Positions 50,086 to 58,077 of a DNA stretch of 64,000 nt are shown in pieces. Source of the DNA: an uncultured Acidobacteriota bacterium. GTDB lineage: Bacteria > Acidobacteriota > Vicinamibacteria > Vicinamibacterales > UBA2999. Positions within the stretch are counted from its first letter, which is position 1, and every line of letters starts with the position of its first letter. The translations under genes were made by a program, and so were the position numbers. Where the stretch lies: contig CAVRUW010000002.1 in the NCBI GenBank assembly GCA_963724485.1, positions 65,381 through 129,380 of the forward strand. The letters run 5' to 3'. The notes under the pieces are model-generated. The model did no database searches. It saw only the letters and a program-made list of their open reading frames with translations, and had not been told where the DNA came from.

Positions 50086-50796
50086 TCAGGCCACCGCGCT
50101 TGTTTTGTATAAAAACGACAGCTGCTTCTGCGCCCGGATAACCTCGCCCGGGGTTTGACCAATCAAGTGCTTCAATGAGCGAGTCAGGTGGGCCTGATCG
50201 AAGTAGCCGGCTTCGTGCACGGTGTCGAGTATGGAAGCACCTTGGCGTAAGAGGTTCGTCGCTCGACGAGCTCGCTCGATCTGACGGAACCTCGAGTACG
50301 TCATGCCCGTCGCGTGAAGGAAGTGGCGTTGAGTGGACCGCAACGACGCGGGCCCTATGCGCCCGCGCAAGGCGTCAGCGACGGCGATGTCCTGCACGAC
50401 GAGTTTGGCTTTCACGAGTCGCTTCACGAACGTCTCGGCGTTCTCGAAAGTCGGATAGTCCCATGCGGAGCCGTTCAGCCAGAACGAACGGTTCGACGCA
50501 GCAGACAAGGTTACGTCTCGCCGATCGATCAGGCTGCTCACCGGCTGCCGCGGCATGAACGTGCCGAGCTTGAAACGAATGCCGACCCACTCGGCACCTG
50601 CAGGACACTCGGCCGTCGATACTCTGGTTTCTGGTCCGCGTATCGTCAGCAGCATCTGGCCCATGTGACGCGTCACGACCATTTCCCAGTGACTGGAGGC
50701 CACCGACAGGAATCTGCCGGTCCGTTCGCTGTGGCAATGCCAGACGCGCTCGACCACTGGCGAGTCCGACGGACGGTCTTCGAAGACAAGAAACAT
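50086..50796 (-). CDS. AraC-family HTH regulator
   Basis: GIRFKLG; RSTQRHF...TG; AGYFDQAHLTRSLK..IGQTP. Confidence 0.9.
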   Translation of the reverse strand: MFLVFEDRPSDSPVVERVWHCHSERTGRFLSVASSHWEMVVTRHMGQMLLTIRGPETRVSTAECPAGAEWVGIRFKLGTFMPRQPVSSLIDRRDVTLSAASNRSFWLNGSAWDYPTFENAETFVKRLVKAKLVVQDIAVADALRGRIGPASLRSTQRHFLHATGMTYSRFRQIERARRATNLLRQGASILDTVHEAGYFDQAHLTRSLKHLIGQTPGEVIRAQKQLSFLYKTSAVA

Positions 50797-50815
50797 GCGA
50801 CTGCAGCTTCGTGGC

Positions 50816-51976
50816 TTAGCCTTTGGGCTTGGGATCCTTAGGCTTCAGTTCGAGCTTCGGATAGTACGGTTCATCGAGCTTCTGGAATTTCTCCAGCCAC
50901 TTCGGCCCGGCGTCGGCCGGCGTGAAGCTCCAGTCCTGACGATGATAATTCCAGTCATTGGGATTGAGCTGCTGCGCCCTCGCGAAGTATTTCTTGGCAC
51001 GGTCGACGTCGCCCGCCTGCTGGAACCACGCGGCCAGCGCGAAGCTCGCATCGGCTTCCATCTCCTCGGGCGTGCGCGCCTTGACGCGCCGCGTGAACTC
51101 CTCGTCGGACAGCGCGTACGCGCTGCGTTCGCCCAGGGCCACCCAGTCGCGGATTGCCGCGACATATTCCTCGCCTTCGGTCACGAGCGGCTTACCTGCA
51201 AACGTGCTCGTACGACTGGTCGTCCAGGCTGGCTCGCCCGGTCGAACCACACGGCCGCGTTCATCGATCCACACGCCGGTCGGAACGTTCGTGAACTGGA
51301 AGGCTGAGCTCACGACATGGTTGGTGTCGACGAGGGTCGTGAACGTGGCCTTGGCGGCGTCGTACCATTTGCCGGCTGCCGCCTCACCACCCGTGTCCTG
51401 CGCCGCAGCGATGATCTCGAAGTTTGAGCCCTTGAGCTCGTCATACAGTTTCTGCCAACCTGGCAGATCAAGTCGGCACCCTCACCAGGATGCCCAGGTC
51501 ACGAGGAGCACTTTCTTCCCGCGAAACTGCGACAACCGAACGGGGCGGCCCGCTCGATCGGGAACAGAAACGTCGGGCGCGAGACGCGACTCGAGGAAGG
51601 AGCCGCGGACCACCGGCATTTCTCCAAAGCTCCAGACGCGCGCGCCGGAATCGGCGACCACGCTCTGGCCGGCACGCCGCGCAAACGCGGTGATGTTGAA
51701 GAGGTCGCCACGCATCATGGTCGTCGGGACGGGGATGCAAACATCAGCGCGGCAAGCGCCTTCTGGCTTCAGCTCGAATTCGTTGATCCGCGGGAGGTCG
51801 GCTTTCCGGATCCACAACGATTCGGCGACGCCATTCGGATCGGGGCTGACCTCGTTCAGGTTGACGGCACGTCCGTCGTACAGCACCGTGACGCCGCGCG
51901 ATGGCTGTCCTTGGCCGAGAACCGATGGGACCAGCGCTGCCGCGCCAACGGTCTTCAGGAACTCTCGTCGCTCCAC
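50816..51976 (-). CDS. Tat-exported ResA/TlpA-like redoxin selenoprotein (WASW-U-GC; Sec TGA at 51482-51484)
   Basis: ORFs 51482..52009 and 50816..51313 are in the same frame; readthrough gives FRGKKVLLVTWASW-U-GCRLDLPGWQKLYDELK...NVPTGVWIDE; ERREFLK Tat motif; SECIS-like hairpin downstream. Confidence 0.88.
51448..51481 (-). promoter_or_regulatory. Bacterial SECIS-like hairpin
   Basis: Minus strand UGA-GGGUGCCGACUUGA-UCUGCCA-GGU-UGGCAGA: perfect stem with a G-containing loop about 21 nt after the UGA. Confidence 0.75.
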
Positions 51977-51990
51977 GGCTGACCTCTCTG

Positions 51991-52162
51991 AAAAGGGGAC
52001 TGTCCCCATTTTATTGTTAACTTACTCGTCCCAGAGGATGCAGTCACGACCCGCTTCGCGCAGCATTTGCGCAGTCTATCGCCTCTGCGGGCCAACTCTC
52101 CGCGGCACGTCCGCAGATTCTGCGGCAACTGGTTAACCATATAAAGGGGACAGTCCCCTTTT
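51991..52162. repeat. Pair of GGGGAC(A/T)GTCCCC palindromes
   Basis: Cores at 51995-52007 and 52146-52158 with A/T-run flanks. Confidence 0.9.
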
Positions 52163-52191
52163 CGTCATCCGTTTTGCCATCCCCTCTCGTC

Positions 52192-53277
52192 ATGACGACA
52201 CTCAACGACATGCGGCGACTTGCCATCCGCCGCAGCCTGTTCGCCCCCACCACCCTCGAGCGCGCAATTGACATGCTCGGCTTCGTGCAAGCGGACCCGA
52301 TTCGCGCGCCGGCACGCGCGCAGGACCTCACGCTTCGTCACCGTGCGATGGACTATCGAGCCGGCGACCTCGAGCGGCTCTACTCGACGCTGCCCATCGA
52401 AGAGGACGTCTTCATCAACTACGGCTTCGTGACCCGCACGCTGCAAAGGCTGATGCACCCGCGTCTTGGCGCTTCGCTCCTGCCCACCGCCAGAAACAAA
52501 CGCGCCCAGTCGCTGCTTGCGTTCATCGAAGCGCATGGTGCGGTTCATCCCCGCGACGTCGATGCGCATTTCTCACATGGCACCGTCACCAACTATTGGG
52601 GCGGCTCCTCGAACGCGACAACGCACTTGCTGGATGCGATGCACTACAAGGGGCTCCTGCGCGTGGTTCGACGCGAAGGCGGCATCCGCATCTACGGCAT
52701 CCACGAGCATTCGCCGGGGCCGATCGGCGCCACCGCTCGTCGGGCGCACCTCGACGCGATAGCGGACATCGTCATCAGCAAGTACGCGCCGTTACCTGCG
52801 TTGAGCCTCTCGTATGTCATCGCGCGCCTGCGCTACGCCGTGCCACAGTGGCGAGATGAGCTGCCCGCGGCGCTGCAGCGGGCCAAGCGCCGGCTTGCTC
52901 ACGCTCGAATCGACGGCGTGGATTGGTATTGGCCCGACATGAGTGACGGCGCAAGGCAGCAGGCGCCACCAGACATCGTCCGGCTGCTGGCGCCATTCGA
53001 TCCCGTCGTGTGGGATCGGCGACGTTTCGAGCTGCTCTGGGGATGGGCCTATCGCTTCGAGGCTTACACGCCAGTCCCGAAGCGAAAGCTCGGATATTAC
53101 GCGCTGCCGTTGCTGTGGGGCGATCGGGTGGTGGGTTGGGCAAACGTGACGTTGACCAACGGGCAGGTCAACGTTGCGCCTGGTTATGTCCGCGGGCGAG
53201 CGCCGCGCGACCGCGGGTTTGCGGCACAACTGGAGCAGGAGATCGAGCGTCTACGAGCCTTTCTCGACGTCGGCTAG
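52192..53277 (+). CDS. YcaQ/AlkZ-family (HTH_42) crosslink-repair DNA glycosylase
   Basis: GFVQADPI (QxD), LLAPFDPVVWDR.RF..LWG..YRFEAYTP..KRK.GYYALPLL. Confidence 0.9.
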   Translation: MTTLNDMRRLAIRRSLFAPTTLERAIDMLGFVQADPIRAPARAQDLTLRHRAMDYRAGDLERLYSTLPIEEDVFINYGFVTRTLQRLMHPRLGASLLPTARNKRAQSLLAFIEAHGAVHPRDVDAHFSHGTVTNYWGGSSNATTHLLDAMHYKGLLRVVRREGGIRIYGIHEHSPGPIGATARRAHLDAIADIVISKYAPLPALSLSYVIARLRYAVPQWRDELPAALQRAKRRLAHARIDGVDWYWPDMSDGARQQAPPDIVRLLAPFDPVVWDRRRFELLWGWAYRFEAYTPVPKRKLGYYALPLLWGDRVVGWANVTLTNGQVNVAPGYVRGRAPRDRGFAAQLEQEIERLRAFLDVG

Positions 53278-53325
53278 CCTCGGGTTGGAAATTCAACCGA
53301 ATGAGGCCGTCTCTAGCGGGTAGCC

Positions 53326-53461
53326 ATGGATTTCATCGAAAGGATCTTCGGCGTCTCGCCCGATGGTGGTACAGGCGCGCTGGAGTTTGCGCTGCTCCTC
53401 CTGCCTGCCCTGATCATCGCCACATTCCTCGCCTTTCGTCGCCGGCGCGATTCTGTACTGA
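53326..53461 (+). CDS. Small single-TM protein of about 44 aa; stop apparently displaced by a +1 insertion
   Basis: MDFIERIFGVSPDGGTGALEFALLLLPALIIATFLAFRRRRD; TGA at 53459 lies in the +1 frame. Confidence 0.55.
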
Positions 53462-53479
53462 CCCACGGGCTCATCAGCG

Positions 53480-54484
53480 ATGAACGGCCTTCGGTTCCTG
53501 CTCAAGGTCCTCCTGCATGTCTTGAGGACGCTGGCATACGGATGGGTGCTCGATCTCGCCGATATCGTGAAGCGCTTGCTCGAAGCGCTGAAGAAGCTGA
53601 TTGCCTATCTCAAGTTGCCGCATGCCGATCGAGACGAGGCGCACAAGGGTTGCGACACGATCGACAACCCGGCCATGCACAGGCCGGATCCGTGCATCTA
53701 TTCTCAGGAGTACCTGCTGAAGCTGGGATTGCCAGTGACCTGGGACAACCCCGATATCGTCATTCGGAAGGGCGGGGTTCCAGTACCGGAAAACGCGCTC
53801 GAACCCGACACCGACTACGTGATCGAGGCAACGATCTGGAACAACTCCTACGAGGCGCCGGCCGTCGGCCTCAGTGTCGGCTTCTCATTCCTCACTTTCG
53901 GCGTTGCAACCGTCGCCACGGCAATCGGTGGCACGTCGGTGAATCTCGGCGTCAAGGGTGGTGTGAACCATCCCGCGTTGGCCCACATGCCTTGGCGAAC
54001 ACCGCCGACTCCTGGGCACTACTGTCTTCAGGTCAAGCTGGATTGGCCTGACGACGTCAATCCAGGAAACAACGTGGGACAGAACAACCTCGATGTTGTG
54101 ACGCCCCAGTCACCTGCGGTCTTTCACTTCACGTTGCGGAACAACATCGGCAAGCAGGATTGGTTCGCCTTCGAGGTTGATACCTACACGATTCCTACAT
54201 TGCCCGAGTGTCCGACACAAATCGGTCCCGACGACCGCGGCCCGTTTCCGGAACGTCTGCGTCGAATCAAGGCACGACACGACAAGAGCCTGTTTCCCGT
54301 ACCGGCCGGTTGGATTGTGACCATCACTCCGCCACAGGTCTCCCTCGTCCCCGATGCCGAGGTCGACATCACCGTCTCGATCACGCCGCCCGCAGGCTTC
54401 GCCGGAACCAAGCAATTCAACGTGAACGCGCATCACGGCGCTGGCTACGCCGGTGGCGTTTCCCTGATCGTCTCAACGGCTTAG
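53480..54484 (+). CDS. Hypothetical protein: amphipathic N-terminal helix plus CARDB/Ig-like beta domains
   Basis: WDNPDI, Y.I.ATIWN, W.TP..PGHYCLQV...DD.NP.NN.GQ.N. Confidence 0.8.
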   Translation: MNGLRFLLKVLLHVLRTLAYGWVLDLADIVKRLLEALKKLIAYLKLPHADRDEAHKGCDTIDNPAMHRPDPCIYSQEYLLKLGLPVTWDNPDIVIRKGGVPVPENALEPDTDYVIEATIWNNSYEAPAVGLSVGFSFLTFGVATVATAIGGTSVNLGVKGGVNHPALAHMPWRTPPTPGHYCLQVKLDWPDDVNPGNNVGQNNLDVVTPQSPAVFHFTLRNNIGKQDWFAFEVDTYTIPTLPECPTQIGPDDRGPFPERLRRIKARHDKSLFPVPAGWIVTITPPQVSLVPDAEVDITVSITPPAGFAGTKQFNVNAHHGAGYAGGVSLIVSTA

Positions 54485-54505
54485 TACAGCGCGAGCACCA
54501 ACGCC

Positions 54506-55540
54506 ATGGCCCACCGTCAATACACCTCGTGCGTCCAGCCGGTCTTCTACATCGACTTCCTGCATCCGCTCGGCATCGTGTCGGGCTCCGCGTATATCTG
54601 GTTTGGGTCGTTACTGGCGGGAATCATCTCTGGACTGATCTACGCCTTCAACATCATCGGTCTGCCAATCCTCATCGGATTGGTGTTGCTGGTCATTGCC
54701 TTCCTCACCTGGTGGCTATACGGGCGATTGATTTGTCTGGGCGGCGTGCGCTGCGCGATCGGCGCCGTGCGCAGCATCGGCGATCCGCAGCCAGGCAGCA
54801 AGGGTGGAGATGACGACGCGACATTGAACGTGTATCTGGCGCCGGGGCCAACGAATCTCGACGAGGACAAGCAGGTCTATTGGAATGCGGCGCAGGGAGA
54901 CCTGCTGAAGGAGAACGGCGACGTCCTGTTCATCGGCCGCGGGTACGTGCAGGACGGGAAGAATCTGAAATACGTGAAGTCGCTGCACTGCGAGTTCGAG
55001 GGCAGCGGTATTCGTAATGTACTGATTTGGGCGAATGTGATCCTGGCGCTCCTGATCGCCGCGCTGGCAATCATGGTCCTCGTGCCGCAGCCGTGGGGCA
55101 CCATCATTGGCTGGATCCTCGGATTCCTTGCCGCCATCCTGACGGTGCTGGCGCTCGGCTACCAATTTCTGGGCCCGCTCAACCCGGGCAGTCCGGAAGA
55201 CGTCAATCCGAATCTGAGCGAGCTCGCGAACGACGTGCTCGTGGTCGTGAAGGGCGACTGGATTTATGACTCACTCCATCAGGGATGGAACGAGATCCAT
55301 GCCGTTCACGCGTGTCAGATCATCCCGGGTTCGCTGAACGAGGATCGCAGCTGGCCGGCTGACATCGGCGGCGGTCTAGGGCTCGATACGCCCGAAAAGG
55401 TCAAGACCGCGGTTGACGTGTGGTGTCGGGCACTCGAGGAGGCTAAGAAGGCCGAGGACGAGGGGAGCCGAGACGATCCGGCGCAGAACTGGGTCATCCA
55501 TCCATTGATCGACGGATGCCAGAAGATCATCATCACCTGA
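54506..55540 (+). CDS. Hypothetical membrane protein with two TM hairpins and Cys/His/acidic soluble motifs
   Basis: Hydrophobic segments near aa 20-72 and 170-215; LICLGGVRCAIG, DDD, LHCEFEGS, GDWIYDSLHQGWNEIHAV, HPLIDGC. Confidence 0.82.
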   Translation: MAHRQYTSCVQPVFYIDFLHPLGIVSGSAYIWFGSLLAGIISGLIYAFNIIGLPILIGLVLLVIAFLTWWLYGRLICLGGVRCAIGAVRSIGDPQPGSKGGDDDATLNVYLAPGPTNLDEDKQVYWNAAQGDLLKENGDVLFIGRGYVQDGKNLKYVKSLHCEFEGSGIRNVLIWANVILALLIAALAIMVLVPQPWGTIIGWILGFLAAILTVLALGYQFLGPLNPGSPEDVNPNLSELANDVLVVVKGDWIYDSLHQGWNEIHAVHACQIIPGSLNEDRSWPADIGGGLGLDTPEKVKTAVDVWCRALEEAKKAEDEGSRDDPAQNWVIHPLIDGCQKIIIT

Positions 55541-55560
55541 TGCGACGGAGTTGAGACCGA

Positions 55561-57978
55561 CTACTCTGTCCGGAGTGCTCGCACTGGATCGATCCGCGAG
55601 GCCCGAAGAGCAGGCACCGTGGCCGCGACCACGCCAACGGCGATGATGGCAAAGCCACTGATGGCATACGTCGCAAGGTCGAGTGGCTGGACACCGAACA
55701 ACAGGCTCTGAAGCGACCGACCGGTAGCAGCCGCGCCGGCAAACCCCAAGGCGACTCCAAGCAGAACGACTTTCAGCGCTCCTCCGACCACCAGCCGGAA
55801 AGTCCCCGGCGCATCGGCACCCAGCGCCATTCGGACACCAATCTCGGATGTCCGGCGAGCCACGGAGTAAGTCACGACGCCATAGACCCCGACCGCAGCG
55901 AGGAGCGCCGCGCAAAGCGCCAGCGAAACCAGGAGCGTCATGTTGAAGCGCGGCTGAGCGATCGAGGTCGACACGAGATCCTCAATCTTCGAGATCTTCA
56001 CAATCGGCAGCGCCGGATCGAGAGCGGCCAGTTCACGCTTGACGCTCCGCACGATCGCGTCGGGATCCTCGACCGACGCAATCACCAACTGCATTTCGGT
56101 CAAAGGAAACTGAAAATACGGCACGAAGACCTCGGCTTGCGCATTACCCTGCAGACCGTCGTGCTTGATGTCGGAGACAACGCCAACAATCTGGAGGTCA
56201 CCCGCCATGGGCATCTTCACGAGTTGGCCGATTGGATCGACCGCGCTGAAGTAACGCCTCACCACCGATTCGTTGACGATGGCGACCTTGGGACCGTTCT
56301 CGCGACCATCGAACCGGTCGAATACGCGTCCACGCTTGAGTTCGATCCCGAAGGTTTGAAAATAGTCGCCGACGACCGCGCGATAGCGTGCTCGCGGCCG
56401 TTCCGTCGGCGATACGGTTGCAAGGCCCTCGATGGTGAACGGCAGATCGAATTGCACGCCCAAAGGGCTCATCGGGAGCGCCGAGACCGCCGATGCTCGT
56501 TCGACTCCCGGCAAGTGCGTCACTCGTTCGACAAGGTTGTCGAACAGCTGACGTTTCGATGCCGGATCGGGATAGCGACTCGGTGGCAGCACGATGTGCG
56601 TCGCAACGATGTTCGAAGTGCGGTAGCCGGGGTCGACTGATGTCAGACGGGCAAAGCTTCGAATCAACAAACCCGCGCTGACGAGCAACATCAAGGCGAG
56701 CGCTACTTCCGCGGCCACCATCACATCTGAGAGCCGCCGTGTCGATCGACTCGCGGTCGACCCGCGACTGCTGTCCTGCAGGATGTCCAGCAGGTTGGGT
56801 CGCATCGCTCGCCAGGCTGGGACCAGGCCCACGAGCAACCCTGATGCGACGGTTGCGAGGGCCGTAAAGGCGAGCACGGGTAAATCCAGACCGATACTGT
56901 AGGCGCGCGGCACATTGGGCGGAATCAACGGCCGCAAGAGCGTGGTTCCCCACCAGGCGAGTAACAATCCGATTGCACCGCCTGCGATGGTCAGCACGCC
57001 GCTCTCGACCAGCGATCGGCGAACGAGGGCCCAACGGCCCGCTCCGAACGCGGCGCACAACGCAAAACCTTTCGCTGCGCTCGACGATCGGGCCAGCAGG
57101 AGGTTCGCGATGTTGGCGCAGGCGATCACGAGAACGAGGACGACTGCGCCAAACAACACCCACAGCGTTTCGCCAATCTTGCCGACGACCTGCTCGTGGG
57201 CGGGCACGAGCGTGACGCCCCAACCAGCGTTCGAGTCAGGGTTCTCGCGTGCGATCGCGGCGCTGACCGAAGCCATCTCTTGTCGCGCTTGTTCGATGGT
57301 GGCCGCCGGCGCCAATCGCCCGATGGCCTGATAGAGGCGATGCGGCCGCGAAGCCAGCGCAGCGAGGTTGAGCGTGAGCGGCGACCACAATTCAACGTCC
57401 GGATCGCTGGCGGGAAACTGAAAGTCACGAGGCATCACGCCCACAATCGTGTGCGTCGCATCGTCCAAGGTCAGTGTTTTGCCCAGCACGTTCGGGTCGC
57501 GACCGAAGCGGCGGACCCAGGCGCCGTGACTCAAGACCACCTTGCGGGAGTCGGTCCCGGGATTCTCCTCAGCGTCGGTGAACGTGCGGCCGAGCAACGG
57601 CGGCACGTTGAGGACGCGGAAGAGGACCGGAGAGACGTCAACCGTGATCAGACGCTCGGGCTCTCCGGTTCCCGTCAACGTGTAGCCGCGATATCGAAAG
57701 ATTCCAATGCTCGCGAACGCGCGGGCTCGTGCGCGCCAATCGAGGTAGGTGGCGGCAGCCACCTGTGAGCGATCGATTCCCTGCGACGCGTTGGTCTCCC
57801 AGACTCCGACCAGTTCGTCTGGGGCGTCATAGGCGAGCGGCCGCAACAGCACGCCGTTGAGGACGCTGAAGATCGTGGTGTTGACGCCGATCGCCAGGCC
57901 GAGCGTCAGCACGATGACGGCGGCGAATCCGGGATTGACGCCGAGAAATCGCATGGCCTCGCGCAGGTCGTTCCTCAC
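55561..57978 (-). CDS. ADOP-type duplicated ABC permease
   Basis: DLREA.R.L..NPGF, LVIACANIANLLLAR, EIGVRMALGA, PALRASRIDPV.ALRTE. Confidence 0.93.
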   Translation of the reverse strand: MRNDLREAMRFLGVNPGFAAVIVLTLGLAIGVNTTIFSVLNGVLLRPLAYDAPDELVGVWETNASQGIDRSQVAAATYLDWRARARAFASIGIFRYRGYTLTGTGEPERLITVDVSPVLFRVLNVPPLLGRTFTDAEENPGTDSRKVVLSHGAWVRRFGRDPNVLGKTLTLDDATHTIVGVMPRDFQFPASDPDVELWSPLTLNLAALASRPHRLYQAIGRLAPAATIEQARQEMASVSAAIARENPDSNAGWGVTLVPAHEQVVGKIGETLWVLFGAVVLVLVIACANIANLLLARSSSAAKGFALCAAFGAGRWALVRRSLVESGVLTIAGGAIGLLLAWWGTTLLRPLIPPNVPRAYSIGLDLPVLAFTALATVASGLLVGLVPAWRAMRPNLLDILQDSSRGSTASRSTRRLSDVMVAAEVALALMLLVSAGLLIRSFARLTSVDPGYRTSNIVATHIVLPPSRYPDPASKRQLFDNLVERVTHLPGVERASAVSALPMSPLGVQFDLPFTIEGLATVSPTERPRARYRAVVGDYFQTFGIELKRGRVFDRFDGRENGPKVAIVNESVVRRYFSAVDPIGQLVKMPMAGDLQIVGVVSDIKHDGLQGNAQAEVFVPYFQFPLTEMQLVIASVEDPDAIVRSVKRELAALDPALPIVKISKIEDLVSTSIAQPRFNMTLLVSLALCAALLAAVGVYGVVTYSVARRTSEIGVRMALGADAPGTFRLVVGGALKVVLLGVALGFAGAAATGRSLQSLLFGVQPLDLATYAISGFAIIAVGVVAATVPALRASRIDPVRALRTE

Positions 57979-58004
57979 AGCGCGTCATTTATACCTCGCG
58001 GCGG

Positions 58005-58077
58005 TGCATAAAAGGGGACAGTCCCCCTTTATGCAGCGTGTCAGCCCCTTATAAAAGGGGACTGTCCCCTTTTATGC
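58005..58077. repeat. Pair of extended palindromes ATAAAAGGGGAC(A/T)GTCCCC(C/T)TTTAT
   Basis: Cores at 58014-58026 and 58057-58069; the second supplies the last codons (KGDSPLL*) of the ankyrin gene. Confidence 0.9.

Noticed and set aside
53326..54051. 241-aa ORF in the track
   Set aside because: Only the first ~44 aa look like protein; the rest is an off-frame overlap of 53480..54484.
46971..58077. CRISPR array made of palindromic repeats
   Set aside because: Copies are dispersed in twos and threes with irregular spacing, and there are no cas genes.
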